Shown here piece by piece: positions 1 through 9,985 of a stretch of 64,000 bases of DNA. Location: the NCBI GenBank assembly GCA_964397195.1, contig CAYNGY010000003.1, positions 69,836 through 133,835 of the forward strand. Reading direction: 5' to 3'. The stretch's first letter is position 1, and each line of letters opens with the position of its first letter. The stretch comes from an uncultured Gammaproteobacteria bacterium (GTDB taxonomy: Bacteria; Patescibacteriota; Patescibacteriia; SBBC01; CAIJZX01). The notes beneath the pieces were generated by a model that saw only the letters and a list, made by a program, of their open reading frames with translations, did not search any database and had not been told where the DNA came from. The position numbers were made by a program, and so were the translations under genes.

Positions 1-215
1 GAACGTGGAAACGCCACTCTTTTCCCACCGAAATACTATCGGTTGAAGGAGCGACTATCTCCGTGATGTGGGTCGGGGATGATGCCATCATCATGTCGGT
101 TCGGTCGGGGTATGCGGACGGCGCATTTGCTGAGAATGAGATGTACGCGATTGACCCGGCGACTGGGCAGTACCGGGCGCTCGGAAGTGGAAAGACGCAC
201 ATAGTCGCGCAATAA
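1..215 (+). CDS. 3' end of a hypothetical protein (partial, runs off the window start)
   Basis: Frame 3 is open from base 3 to TAA at 213-215 (TWKRHSFPTEILSVEG...EMYAIDPATGQYRALGSGKTHIVAQ); beta-strand-like; the other + frames close early. Confidence 0.6.
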   Translation, partial: TWKRHSFPTEILSVEGATISVMWVGDDAIIMSVRSGYADGAFAENEMYAIDPATGQYRALGSGKTHIVAQ

Positions 216-290
216 TATTAAGTGGTCCGATCGTGGTTTTATAAGCGGTTGGGTGTATACTAGAAGTTGTTGATAACTCAAAACACACAT

Positions 291-2282
291 ATGCGCAAAG
301 GATCTGTGCTGATTCCGATCATTTCGATGATCGCGGCGGTGGCGGCGTTGCTTGTTGTTGCGGCTTGGACGGTGACCAGCCCGATGTTCTCATGGAATGA
401 GGATGAGGCGGTTACTACGAATATTACCACTAATATCAACACGGTCGTTGACCCAACCGCTGGCTGGCTGACGTACACGAGTACGAAGTATCATTTCTCG
501 TTTAAGTATCCGACGACATGGACACTGGCTGAAGGAAAAAAGAGCGCGGATGAGCCCCTCTCGAGTGACCATGTCTCCGTGACGGATCCGGATGGAAAGG
601 ACGGCGCTTTCACTGTTTTTCCGCAGTCAGCGCCGGTGCCATACCAAGATGGAGAGTGGACGAGCGTTGAGACCCAAATGACTATTCGTGGTCAGTCGGT
701 GACGGTCACGACCTATACGGCCAAAAACCGAACGACCTTTGCGGTTACGCCGACGAAGCGGTCGGTCGTAAAATTTGCCGTGATGCCGGATGATTGGACG
801 ACCGGGAGTGGATTACTGTTGGTAAACGGTACGACCGATGACGCGACGGTTTTGAATCAGGTCCTCGGGACCTTTACGGTCGGGGATGAGACATCGGCGG
901 TCAATGGAAACACCAATACTTCCACCGGGACGCCGGTTGATACTACCGCTGGTTGGGCAACCTACACGAGCGCGGCCTACCACTTTTCCTTTAAATATCC
1001 GACCGGCTGGAAAGTAAGCGAAGGTGCAAAAACAACCCCGTATAAAATCGATCTATACCCGACAACCAGCGATGGGTGGTCGACGCCGAGTGCGATCACT
1101 TTTTGGGTTGATACTGCCTATAGCGTGCATTGTGGTGACGATACGGTGACGAAAAAGTCGGAGGTTGTCGTAGGCGGCATTCCAGCCACCCTGTATACAG
1201 ACACCGATTCCGTCAGAACAGATTGCCGGAATCGAACGTACGTTTTGGATTGGACGCCGACCGGATGGACGCCATCTAACGCATTGCCGGGACGCGAGAT
1301 TCAGGTGATGGCCGATAGCCACGGCTCGTATGCTCTTCAAGAGCAAATACTTGGCACGGTTGTGTTCCGTGATACGCAAAGCGTCTGGAAGACCGTTTCC
1401 GACCCAGTGCAAGGATTCTCCTTCGCGCATCCGTCTTCATACACACTTGCGCAGGCCGCAGAATACACCCAGATTGAACACGGGAATCGTGCCAGCGGCC
1501 CGTATTATTATGTGAGCGTCACCGTCCTGACCAAGGATTCTGGCGACAAGGCTTTGTACCAATGGGGGAAGGATGGTTTCCCGAAGTCGGCGGCGGTCGA
1601 GTATCATGCGAATCCAACGAAGGTCAAACTCGGCACCAAAACATTTGTCCACACTGATGGTGATCTTGGAAGTTCGGCGGTCCCGGAATATTTGTATTTT
1701 GCCAACGATCGCCTGTATCAGATCTACAGTTATGCCGGAGCGACAATGAAACCGCTCCATGAGCAGATGATCGCGTCATTCGAATTCACCACGCCTAATA
1801 CATCGGCGAAGCTGTTTACGTCTCCGACGCTCGGCATCTCGTTCCTGTATGGCAAAGATTTTGCGGTTAAGGAGGACGGGAAAAAGGTGTATGTCTACGA
1901 TCCCAAGAACATGAAGTACACCGATGGTCAGTGGGTCGAAGTTTTCACGAAAACCGCGTCGCAAACATTGGCCCAGGCTGTAAAGGCAGAGAAGTTATCC
2001 GGGTATAACGAGAGTGATTGCTTCACCAAAAAGTCGAGTTATAAAAAACCGGTCGGCTGGGATCTACAGGAGATTGGCTACCCGGCTACGACTGACACGA
2101 ACCTGCCATTCTGGGCGAATGCTGATAAATGTCCGGCAACATATACGACGACGAACGGTGTGAGCTACTTCGCCGCCGACCCGGAGCATCCGACGGTGTA
2201 TCTGTACTTTTCCCTCGGACAGTACGCGATACCGGGTACGAGCGTTACCACTCCGTGGGAAGACACCATTTCGATTTTGTAA
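291..2282 (+). CDS. Membrane-anchored surface protein with four PsbP-like (W.TY....Y.FSFKYP..W) domains
   Basis: N-terminal TM, Thr/Asn-rich linker, repeats GWLTYTSTKYHFSFKYPTTW, GWATYTSAAYHFSFKYPTGW, VWKTVSDPVQGFSFAHPSSY, KLFTSPTLGISFLYG; ATG at 291. Confidence 0.75.
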   Translation: MRKGSVLIPIISMIAAVAALLVVAAWTVTSPMFSWNEDEAVTTNITTNINTVVDPTAGWLTYTSTKYHFSFKYPTTWTLAEGKKSADEPLSSDHVSVTDPDGKDGAFTVFPQSAPVPYQDGEWTSVETQMTIRGQSVTVTTYTAKNRTTFAVTPTKRSVVKFAVMPDDWTTGSGLLLVNGTTDDATVLNQVLGTFTVGDETSAVNGNTNTSTGTPVDTTAGWATYTSAAYHFSFKYPTGWKVSEGAKTTPYKIDLYPTTSDGWSTPSAITFWVDTAYSVHCGDDTVTKKSEVVVGGIPATLYTDTDSVRTDCRNRTYVLDWTPTGWTPSNALPGREIQVMADSHGSYALQEQILGTVVFRDTQSVWKTVSDPVQGFSFAHPSSYTLAQAAEYTQIEHGNRASGPYYYVSVTVLTKDSGDKALYQWGKDGFPKSAAVEYHANPTKVKLGTKTFVHTDGDLGSSAVPEYLYFANDRLYQIYSYAGATMKPLHEQMIASFEFTTPNTSAKLFTSPTLGISFLYGKDFAVKEDGKKVYVYDPKNMKYTDGQWVEVFTKTASQTLAQAVKAEKLSGYNESDCFTKKSSYKKPVGWDLQEIGYPATTDTNLPFWANADKCPATYTTTNGVSYFAADPEHPTVYLYFSLGQYAIPGTSVTTPWEDTISIL

Positions 2283-2291
2283 CGTCAGAAC

Positions 2292-2323
2292 AAAAAACCG
2301 GCGCCGGTGGGCGCCGGTTTTTT
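2292..2323. terminator. Bidirectional intrinsic terminator
   Basis: AAAAAACCGGCGCC-GGTG-GGCGCCGGTTTTTT between convergent genes. Confidence 0.85.
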
Positions 2324-2325
2324 AT

Positions 2326-2925
2326 TTAGATCGTCTGGCGATGGCTCATCGCTTCCCCGAGCGTCGCTTCATCCATGTAGGTGACGTCGCCGCCGGTCGG
2401 AATACCGCGGGCGAGCTGAGTCAACTTCGCCGAAACATCCAGCAGTGCTTTTTTGAGGTAGAGCGCCGTCGTTTCGCCCTCGATGTCCGAATTCAGGGCG
2501 AGAATGACCTCGGAAATATTTTCGGCGGGGATACGTTGGAGGAGATGGGCGATGGTCAGATCATCTGGGCCACGACCATCGGCCGGACTGACCGTACCGC
2601 CGAGGACATGATACCGTCCTTTGTAGACGCCGGTTTGTTCAATCGCTAGGACATCCGGAGCTTCGGCGACGACACACAGGACGGTTTGATCACGGTGCTG
2701 ATCGCGGCAGTATAAGCAGGGTGTCTGTTCATCAAAGACGTGACACGTCTCGCACTTCACGACCCGGCCGCGGAGTTGCGAAATAGAATCGGCTAAATCC
2801 TTGAGCCGATGCTGCGGTTGCCGGAGTAACGCAAAGACATAGCGTTCAGCTGTTTTTGGGCCGACGCCCGGGAGGTGCGTCAGCTCGTCGAGCAGGCGGG
2901 CGATGGCCGGTGGGTAGGTGGCCAT
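2326..2925 (-). CDS. recR: Recombination mediator RecR
   Basis: LPGVGPKTAER HhH, C4 Zn finger CETC...CLYC, TOPRIM LCVVAE and GRYHVLGG. Confidence 0.97.
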   Translation of the reverse strand: MATYPPAIARLLDELTHLPGVGPKTAERYVFALLRQPQHRLKDLADSISQLRGRVVKCETCHVFDEQTPCLYCRDQHRDQTVLCVVAEAPDVLAIEQTGVYKGRYHVLGGTVSPADGRGPDDLTIAHLLQRIPAENISEVILALNSDIEGETTALYLKKALLDVSAKLTQLARGIPTGGDVTYMDEATLGEAMSHRQTI

Positions 2926-2933
2926 GCGAAAGT

Positions 2934-3236
2934 CTAGAGACCCGGAATATCGAGCTTGCCCATTTCCTTAGCCTTTTTGGCCATGGTCATCTGGGACTTC
3001 TTGATCGCGCTATTAAAAGCGTCTTTCAGGCCGCGTTCAAGATCGGTTTTACGATTTGGGGCGAGGTATTCCGGATCGACCGAAACACCGTTGACCTGTT
3101 GATTACCGTCCATGACGACCTGAATTTTTCCGCCGCCGACATCCGCATAGACGGTTTCTTTCGATAACACGCCCTGCATTTCTTTCGCTTGATCGCGGAT
3201 TTCTTTGAATTGCTTTAACTTCGAGAATATAGCCAT
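2934..3236 (-). CDS. ybaB: YbaB/EbfC nucleoid-associated protein
   Basis: GGGKIQVVMDGNQQV..VSVDP motif; adjacent to recR; start set at MAIFSKLKQ. Confidence 0.9.
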   Translation of the reverse strand: MAIFSKLKQFKEIRDQAKEMQGVLSKETVYADVGGGKIQVVMDGNQQVNGVSVDPEYLAPNRKTDLERGLKDAFNSAIKKSQMTMAKKAKEMGKLDIPGL

Positions 3237-3325
3237 ATGGGCCATCGTATCATAATTTATTGCGATCGACCAGACGGTATGGTAGGGTCGATGTACAGGC
3301 CGAACACCCCGGAAAGGAGGTGGCC

Positions 3326-3538
3326 ATGCACGCCGGTACATTGAGGACGAAGGGAACGGACGAGCCCGTGACTCGCGCTCAGACGCTGACGGAGTTCGCC
3401 CACAACATGGGCTTCGCGACCGGGCTGATGCTCGGCATGATGCTCGGTTCCGTCATCGGCTCGTTCATCGGAATCGCGGCCTACGAGTTCATTCGCGACT
3501 GCGTTCTGCCGCACCTGCCGCTTCACATCACGCGCTGA
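3326..3538 (+). CDS. Small orphan membrane protein (Gly-rich TM)
   Basis: SD GGAAAGGAGG before ATG 3326, TTGCGA-17-TAGGGT promoter, terminator downstream; TM GFATGLMLGMMLGSVIGSFIGIAAY. Confidence 0.65.
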   Translation: MHAGTLRTKGTDEPVTRAQTLTEFAHNMGFATGLMLGMMLGSVIGSFIGIAAYEFIRDCVLPHLPLHITR

Positions 3539-3566
3539 CGGTCGACCGCACGCGTCGCACCAACAC

Positions 3567-3597
3567 GGCCCCGTTCAGGCGGGGCCGATTTTATTTC
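3567..3597 (+). terminator. Intrinsic terminator
   Basis: CGGCCCCG-TTCAGG-CGGGGCCG followed by ATTTTATTT. Confidence 0.75.
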
Positions 3598-3644
3598 CGG
3601 GATACATTTTACTGTCGGTCGTCGGAAGGCGCGGTGTGTCAGCG

Positions 3645-5003
3645 TTACCCCAACATCATATCTTCATCCATGTTGTCGGCGCGGTTATCGAAGGAGGCAC
3701 GCCGTTCAACGAAGGTCAGGCGGACGCGGCCGGTCGGACCATTTCGATGTTTGGCGATAATGATTTCGGCGAGGTTCTTTTTGGCGTCTTCAATATCGTG
3801 GTCGTAGACCGCCGGGCGATAGATGAAGAGCACGACGTCGGCGTCTTGTTCGATGGATCCGGATTCGCGGAGGTGGGCGAGCTTTGGGATCGGCGGTTTT
3901 TCCATTTCGACCGCGCGGGCCAGCTGCGACAGGGCGAGGACGGGGACGTTGAGCTCACGAGCAATCGATTTTAATCCACGCGTAATTTCCGAAACTTCCT
4001 GGGTCCGGTTTTCCGATGACCGACTTTCCATCAGCTGGAGGTAGTCGATAATGATCAGACCGAGGGCTTTGTGCTCGGACTGCAGACGTCGGGCTTTGGT
4101 CCGAATTTCCATGATATTAGCGGTGGCCGAGTCATCAATAAAAATCGGCGCTTCAGCGAGTAAGCCCATGGCATGGCCGATGCGTTGAAAATCTTCGTCA
4201 TCAGACAATCGTCCGGTCCGCATTTTCCAAAGGTCGACGTCGGCTTGCGAAACGAGCAAACGGTCAACGACCTGTTCCTTCGACATTTCTAAACTGAAGA
4301 TGCCGACCGGTTGCTTTGTTTTCAGGGCGACGTTGCGACCGATGTCGAGGGCGAGCGATGTTTTTCCGACGGATGGTCGGGCGGCGAGAATAACGAGGTC
4401 CGACTTTTGCAGGCCACCAAGGATATTATCGAGAGCCGTGAAGCCGGTTGGTACGCCGCGCAAGGCGCCGGTTTCATGATGGAGGGTGTCGATGCGATCA
4501 AAGGCCTCGTGGAGAATGTCGCGAATGTTAATGAAGTTCTGCTTGAGGTACTTTTGTGAAACGCTAAACAGCGACTGTTCTGCTTTGTCGAGTAGGGCGG
4601 AGACATCTTCGGTTTCACTCGTGCCCATTTCGACGATTGAGGTCGCGGCGTGCATCAGACGACGAAGGGTCGCTTTCTTCTGGACAATCCCGGCGTACTG
4701 CAAAACATTCGCGGCGGAGGGGACGGCATTGGACAGGGCGACGAGCGTACTGCGTCCACCGATAGCGTCGAGCTGATTGCGTTCGCCGAGCAGGTTGGCC
4801 ATCGAGACGATGTCGATCGGCTCGTGGAGCTGGAAGAGCGAGGCCATGGCGTCGTAGACCAGGCGGTGCTTATCGGCGTAAAAATCGTCGGCGGTAATCT
4901 TATCGGCGACCTTGATAAAGGCGTCTTGGTCGATTAGGACCGAGCCCAAAACCGCTTCTTCGGCTTCACGGGAGTTCGGGGGAATACGGGGGTTGTCGGC
5001 CAT
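3645..5003 (-). CDS. dnaB: Replicative DNA helicase DnaB
   Basis: PPNSREAEEAVLG, Walker A AARPSVGKT, IIDYLQLM, LRESGSIEQDAD, KHRNGPTG; no intein. Confidence 0.98.
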   Translation of the reverse strand: MADNPRIPPNSREAEEAVLGSVLIDQDAFIKVADKITADDFYADKHRLVYDAMASLFQLHEPIDIVSMANLLGERNQLDAIGGRSTLVALSNAVPSAANVLQYAGIVQKKATLRRLMHAATSIVEMGTSETEDVSALLDKAEQSLFSVSQKYLKQNFINIRDILHEAFDRIDTLHHETGALRGVPTGFTALDNILGGLQKSDLVILAARPSVGKTSLALDIGRNVALKTKQPVGIFSLEMSKEQVVDRLLVSQADVDLWKMRTGRLSDDEDFQRIGHAMGLLAEAPIFIDDSATANIMEIRTKARRLQSEHKALGLIIIDYLQLMESRSSENRTQEVSEITRGLKSIARELNVPVLALSQLARAVEMEKPPIPKLAHLRESGSIEQDADVVLFIYRPAVYDHDIEDAKKNLAEIIIAKHRNGPTGRVRLTFVERRASFDNRADNMDEDMMLG

Positions 5004-5111
5004 AGCGGGTGTAGTGTACGTCACCGCGGGGCGAAGGACAACCGGGACAAATCCCCAAACTGTCCACCGATATTGTCCACCGGCGGAATCCTCGGTATAC
5101 TGCGCAGTGCT

Positions 5112-5651
5112 ATGGCCGGTCCAATTCCCGAAATGGTCTTCCTCGATGTTGAAACGACCGGTTTAGAACCGGCCGCCGGGCATGATGTCCTCGAAATTGG
5201 GGCCCAGAAAGTCAAAGGCCATGAGGTGATCGGTGAATTCACGGCCATGATTAAGCCGAGCCGCCCGCTCCCGGCTGATGTCATTAAATTTCATGCCGAC
5301 CATGGTTTGACCGAAGCCTTGCTTCAGGCGGAAGGCCGACCCGTTGATGAGGTCATTCCGGAATTGATTGCCTTCATCGGCGAGGCGGTCATCGTCGCCC
5401 ATAACGCGCCGTTTGATATCGGGTTCATCAACGAACACCTGAAACGGCTCAATTTGCCGACCATGACCAATCGGAGTGTTGATACACTCGAGATCGCCCG
5501 AAAGTACCTGATCCTCCCTAGTTATCGGTTAGAAAAAGTGGCCGCCTATTTCAAAATTGGAACACCGAATTCGCACCGCGCCTTAGCCGACGTGGTGACC
5601 TGTCGCGAAGTGTTTTTCAAACTGCTCGAACGGGCGAAGCGGGGAGTCTGA
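5112..5651 (+). CDS. DEDDh 3'-5' exonuclease (DnaQ/PolC-exo family)
   Basis: LDVETTG, VAHNAPFD, DTL, HRALAD motifs. Confidence 0.92.
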   Translation: MAGPIPEMVFLDVETTGLEPAAGHDVLEIGAQKVKGHEVIGEFTAMIKPSRPLPADVIKFHADHGLTEALLQAEGRPVDEVIPELIAFIGEAVIVAHNAPFDIGFINEHLKRLNLPTMTNRSVDTLEIARKYLILPSYRLEKVAAYFKIGTPNSHRALADVVTCREVFFKLLERAKRGV

Positions 5652-5756
5652 CCTCCCCCGTCCCGCCATACGGCGGAACGACCCCTCCTTTCCCCGCCTA
5701 CGCGGGGATGAAAAGGAGGGGTGCCGCCTCAATTGGGCGGCGGGGAGGTCGGACTC
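5644..5756. repeat. REP-like multi-hairpin element (CCCCTCC..GGAGGGG type)
   Basis: Outer stem GAGTCTGACCTCCCC/GGGGAGGTCGGACTC enclosing three hairpins, including ACCCCTCCTT..AAGGAGGGGT. Confidence 0.7.
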
Positions 5757-6061
5757 AGGGCGACAGCCACTTTTCTTTTCAGAAATGTCTGTGCACGGGT
5801 GTTGGGTTCGTTTTCCCGTTATGCACCGAGACCATTCTTTGGCTAGGTTGAGCATCAGAAACCCTTCAGCGTTTTTTCAGGTTCATTTTCTATACTTAAG
5901 GGTTGGCAAATTGACGGGGGGAAGTGGATGGTGTAAACCGTTACCAGCAGTCCTTTGTATGCCCTGACTGGACGACCGGCTCGGATGAGTCGGTGAACCA
6001 GTTTCGGCGCTTCCACCGCTTGGATCTCTGCGTGCAGACAAGCCAAGAGGTTGGGGGATGT

Positions 6062-7030
6062 ATGGAACAGCACTGTGAGATGTGCAAGCAGGCTCGTGAT
6101 GAGATGTATCGGCGTCGGCCCAACAAGGCGGTGATGTATTTCCTCGGGCCGATGATCGCGGCGTGTTTCATCGCCATGGCAAGTCTGGCATTTCCGGGAG
6201 CGGTCGCGACGCATCCGGTCGAGGGCGTGGGGCCTTTGACCTGGCGTGTGTGCCTCATGCTGTCGTCGACTGCGGTCTTCGTGACGCTGGTGATTCTGGT
6301 GCGAATGTTCTGGCGGACGGTCCTGCAGAACCCGGACTGGTACCACTCGATCGACGCGAACGGCCAGCCGCATGCGCATCTGACCCCGCCAGTGTCTTAC
6401 ACCGTGTTGCCCGGGGCGGTGCAGGAGTACCGTGATGCCAGCGGTCTTCCGATCAGGCATCAGCTCGTCATCGTCCAGCCGATTCGCTACGAGTCAGTCA
6501 TGTCGTGGCGAGGGACCGTTCGGCGCTCGGCGGCCTGCAAGCTCGATCATGTGTCGGCGCGGGGCAGTGGTGAAGAAACGACCATCGAAATCGGTGGTCA
6601 GAGCCTTACCTGCAAGCCGTGCGTGGCGATCGAGCTGTTGGCGCTTCAGCTGACGCACAAGCCGCTCGTCGACCAGATTCGGAGCGACAAGGCCGACCTG
6701 GCGGCGGCGCGGTCTCTGGCCGGTGACCTATTGGCGCTCGACCTGTATTTCCAGGCCGTGCCACTGAACTCACACTGGGCGCAGGGTGGGCAACGACGCC
6801 TGCGGACGATCATCAATCTCAGCGCGCTCAGTCCGCAGACGATCTGGAGTCAGGTATCCCTGACCGAAGAGGAGAAGGCGGCTCGTAACAAGCAGCTCGA
6901 GAGCTATCTTCCCGAGGATGACGTGACGCGCGGCGCGTACGAACTCTTCCAGAAGCGCCAACTTCGTCACCGCCTGAAGCATGGACTGACCATGCCAACG
7001 GCCGTCACGGAGCAGGCCGAGTCGGCGTAG
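6062..7030 (+). CDS. Orphan protein with two N-terminal TM helices
   Basis: Long GC3-rich ORF, purine-rich SD before ATG 6062, CxxC near the N-terminus, own terminator. Confidence 0.65.
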   Translation: MEQHCEMCKQARDEMYRRRPNKAVMYFLGPMIAACFIAMASLAFPGAVATHPVEGVGPLTWRVCLMLSSTAVFVTLVILVRMFWRTVLQNPDWYHSIDANGQPHAHLTPPVSYTVLPGAVQEYRDASGLPIRHQLVIVQPIRYESVMSWRGTVRRSAACKLDHVSARGSGEETTIEIGGQSLTCKPCVAIELLALQLTHKPLVDQIRSDKADLAAARSLAGDLLALDLYFQAVPLNSHWAQGGQRRLRTIINLSALSPQTIWSQVSLTEEEKAARNKQLESYLPEDDVTRGAYELFQKRQLRHRLKHGLTMPTAVTEQAESA

Positions 7031-7061
7031 TGGTATAGCCACCGAATGTACATCGAATCAA

Positions 7062-7100
7062 GCGGGGAGTCGCCGTCGCGGCTCCCCGTCATTTTTTATT
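7062..7100 (+). terminator. Intrinsic terminator
   Basis: GCGGGGAGTCGC..GCGGCTCCCCGT followed by a T-run. Confidence 0.7.
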
Positions 7101-7187
7101 GCGGACGAGTGTTGACATGCTCCGCTGGTGCGGTAGGCTCAGGTGGTGAACCTTTGATGTTTGAACATTCTGAGAGCGAGGTCATCG

Positions 7188-7784
7188 ATGCTCCGCGAAC
7201 TCCTGAACGTCCGCGTCCCGACGAATGTGACGGTGGCCAACTGTGTCAGTGCCATCGGTCTGTTTCTCTGCGTGGCGGCCGGTCTGTATGCGGCCAATCA
7301 TTCTTCGCTGGTGTTCGTCGCACTCCTCTTCCTGCTCGGTGCGCTGTGTGACGTCCTTGATGGACTGGTGGCGCGGTGGTTGAAGGAAGCGAGCCCATGG
7401 GGTGCGTACGTCGATGCGCTCTGTGACAAGCTCGGCGAGATCGCCGTACTGCTCGGCCTGGCGTGCCGGGTTGATGATCCCGGAACTATTCGCTGGTTGA
7501 TGGCCGCTGCCGCGCTCAGCCTTGTCGGCTCGTATCAGAAACCGCTGGTGGCCGAGAAAGGCCGTCCGATGCCCTGGCCGGAAGCGCGCTACCTCGGTCG
7601 CGGTCTGCGCGTCAGTGTCATGGTCATCGGACTACTCATCTGCGGCTTGCATTCGGCGGGTGACGCGAGCCTGCGCAGTTTGGCCCAAGCGCTGACAATG
7701 ACAGCCGGCCTCATCTTCGTCTGGCGCGAGAAGCGGATCGAGGTGACAGCGTACATGGAGCGTCTCCAGGCGTGGAGACCATAA
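7188..7784 (+). CDS. CDP-alcohol phosphatidyltransferase (PIP/PI-synthase-like)
   Basis: Signature DxxDGxxAR..GxxxDxxxD = DVLDGLVARWLKEASPWGAYVDALCD; multiple TMs. Confidence 0.88.
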   Translation: MLRELLNVRVPTNVTVANCVSAIGLFLCVAAGLYAANHSSLVFVALLFLLGALCDVLDGLVARWLKEASPWGAYVDALCDKLGEIAVLLGLACRVDDPGTIRWLMAAAALSLVGSYQKPLVAEKGRPMPWPEARYLGRGLRVSVMVIGLLICGLHSAGDASLRSLAQALTMTAGLIFVWREKRIEVTAYMERLQAWRP

Positions 7785-7873
7785 TACCCGGTTTTCCTAG
7801 GGCGCTCGATGTGCCACAACGGCTCGGGGCGGTAGACGGTGCCGCCCCTGATTTTTATGCTACAATTCCATCC

Positions 7874-8515
7874 ATGGAATCTCCGGATGATCGACCGCAG
7901 AGTCATGGGGAAGAAATTGCGAACAGCCTTACCCATGGCCTTGGTGTTTTAGCAGTTCTCGTCGGAGCGCCATTTTTGATGGACGCGGCGACACGGTCCG
8001 GGTCGCCGTGGAACATCGTCGGGGCGAGTGTCTTTCTGTTTTCGATGTTCGTGTTGTACCTCGTTTCGACGCTCTACCACGCCCTGACATTTCCGACCGC
8101 GAAAAGAGTCTTTCGCGTTCTCGATCATGGCGCAATCTTTCTCCTGATTGCCGGAACGTACACACCGTTCACGCTGGGCATGATTCGTGGGCCGTGGGGT
8201 TGGTCATTGTTCGGGGTGGCGTGGGGGTTAGCGATTCTCGGTATTACGCTTAAGGCCGTGAACGCGCTGTGGCATCCGGTCCTCTCGAACGCGATTTACC
8301 TCGGGATGAGTTGGATGATTATCATTGCCGCGCCGCAGCTCTGGCGAAATTTAGATCTCAGTACGTTGATTCTCATTCTCGGGGGCGGGATTGCCTATTC
8401 GGGCGGCATCTATTTTTATAATACGTCACGATTTCATTACGCCCATTTCCTCTGGCATCTGTGTGTCTTGACCGGAACGGCCTGTCACTATTTTGCGGTG
8501 TTGAACGCGGTTTAG
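7874..8515 (+). CDS. Hemolysin III / PAQR family membrane protein (TrhA/YqfA-like)
   Basis: EEIANSLTHG, STLYH, DHGAIFLLIAGTYTP, HFLWHLCV. Confidence 0.93.
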   Translation: MESPDDRPQSHGEEIANSLTHGLGVLAVLVGAPFLMDAATRSGSPWNIVGASVFLFSMFVLYLVSTLYHALTFPTAKRVFRVLDHGAIFLLIAGTYTPFTLGMIRGPWGWSLFGVAWGLAILGITLKAVNALWHPVLSNAIYLGMSWMIIIAAPQLWRNLDLSTLILILGGGIAYSGGIYFYNTSRFHYAHFLWHLCVLTGTACHYFAVLNAV

Positions 8516-8530
8516 AAAACCCCCCGATCG

Positions 8531-9118
8531 TCAGGTGACGACCGGGGTGGCGGGCTCGAGACTAGCGGCGTAGTCCAGCAGGCGCTCCATGAACCGCTGG
8601 AAGTGACGACTGTTGGCCGGGACGATCGCGTCGATGGCTTTGAACTGGGCGGCCGTCTGGGCGAGCTCGATGACGAGGGCGATGGCGTGTTGCCAGACCA
8701 TCCGATTGCCGTTGTTCTCGTAGCTGCTCAGTTCGGTGCAAACGGTCATCCAGCCGTCGAAATTCTTGTCGAGCACGAGGTTGGCTCGAGCCACTAGGAT
8801 CATGCTCGTCCGATTGTTCCAACCGGATGAACGCGAGAACGCTTCGATGACGTCGGTCGTAGAAGTCGGCGCCGCCGCGATCCGGACGTGGGCCAAACTG
8901 ATCACCTCGTTGATCCTCGTCAGATCGTACCGGCCATCGGGCGGGTGCTCTTCGAGACGAATGAGCCGACGCGTCGGATGGATGGCCTCGTTGAGGGTGT
9001 TGTGAACCCGGCACCAGGTTAGGATGGGAATATCCTGGGCTGACTTGATCTGTTCGACGAGGGACGGTCCGTTCGGGCCGTACAACTCTTTGGCGATCGT
9101 AGCCAGGTTGAGCTCCAT
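8531..9118 (-). CDS. Orphan helical protein
   Basis: SD GGAGG before ATG (MELNLATIAK); coding-like GC3 bias; the track's longer upstream extension overlaps another gene. Confidence 0.6.
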   Translation of the reverse strand: MELNLATIAKELYGPNGPSLVEQIKSAQDIPILTWCRVHNTLNEAIHPTRRLIRLEEHPPDGRYDLTRINEVISLAHVRIAAAPTSTTDVIEAFSRSSGWNNRTSMILVARANLVLDKNFDGWMTVCTELSSYENNGNRMVWQHAIALVIELAQTAAQFKAIDAIVPANSRHFQRFMERLLDYAASLEPATPVVT

Positions 9119-9337
9119 GACGATCCTCCGTGGGTGGTGCGACTCTGGGCAGAGTCCTATCATAGAAGTGGGACGTTGTCGAGAGTGACTTGACCATTTT
9201 ATATATCCGAGTAGAGTGGTTGGGCTGTACTTTTTTGTCGATGACGTGAACGCTGTGGCAGCAAGTTTTGTGGCCAAAGCGCTCACGTCATCGGGACGCG
9301 AGCACCTCTCGCCTTGGATGGCGAAAAGGAGTGTCGT

Positions 9338-9739
9338 ATGGGAGTGCGTTGGGACAAATCGGATCGTAACCTGGTGAACTTCTTCCACATCGACTGGGCC
9401 AGTATCCGCATCGAGGCCTTGATCCAGCGCCACGGTCGCCCGATCGAGTCCCCGTGGGAAATGCTGCAACGCGTCGGGGGCGTGCTCATCCTGCGCGATC
9501 ACCTGATGGCATCCGTCGAGGCCGGACAATTCGTCATCCGACCCGGCACGCCGATCGTCGTCGGAGATCGCTGGCAACCGAGGAAGGGCGGAATCCACCA
9601 CGGCTTCTTCACCAATCCGGTGGTCATGGCCGGTGGCCAGCGTCCGTCCATCTACGACGCCGCCAACTGGCTGTGGCGTGAGGAATCACGCGGCTTCGTT
9701 CGCCCGTGCTGGCGCTTCGCCGTCGGCACGCCGGTGTAG
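9338..9739 (+). CDS. Orphan protein
   Basis: SD AAAAGGAG before ATG 9338; terminator ATCGCGGG..CCCGCGAT-TTTT follows. Confidence 0.65.
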   Translation: MGVRWDKSDRNLVNFFHIDWASIRIEALIQRHGRPIESPWEMLQRVGGVLILRDHLMASVEAGQFVIRPGTPIVVGDRWQPRKGGIHHGFFTNPVVMAGGQRPSIYDAANWLWREESRGFVRPCWRFAVGTPV

Positions 9740-9850
9740 ACGCGCATCATCGCTCCATCGCGGGCACCCCACCCGCGATTTTTGATATTGAAAAACACCT
9801 CCGAGGCCGTGTGGCGCCGGAGGCGGGGGAGCGAACTGTGCGGGGTGCAG

Positions 9851-9985
9851 CTAGGGACGACGGACGTGCGGGACACGTTTCGGTTCTTTCCGCGCGTTCT
9901 GGGCGATCCGGATCTCGGTGTAGGACTCGCTGGGAGTTGTCGGCTGACGTGGTGGTTGCACCGGGCGGGGTTGTTTGTTGTTCAT
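9851..9985 (-). CDS. Orphan micro-protein (44 aa, Pro/Arg-rich)
   Basis: SD AAGGAG; ATGA overlap with the upstream ORF stop; MNNKQPRPVQPP... Confidence 0.4.
   Translation of the reverse strand: MNNKQPRPVQPPRQPTTPSESYTEIRIAQNARKEPKRVPHVRRP

Noticed and set aside
5940-6060. Known riboswitch in the hairpin-rich leader of the 6062 orphan
   Set aside because: Hairpins are present but I recognise no conserved aptamer motif; GC-rich sequence folds easily
8531-9601. 356-aa minus-strand ORF from the track
   Set aside because: The upstream part overlaps the SD-led + gene 9338-9739 and a promoter region; the real start is probably 9118
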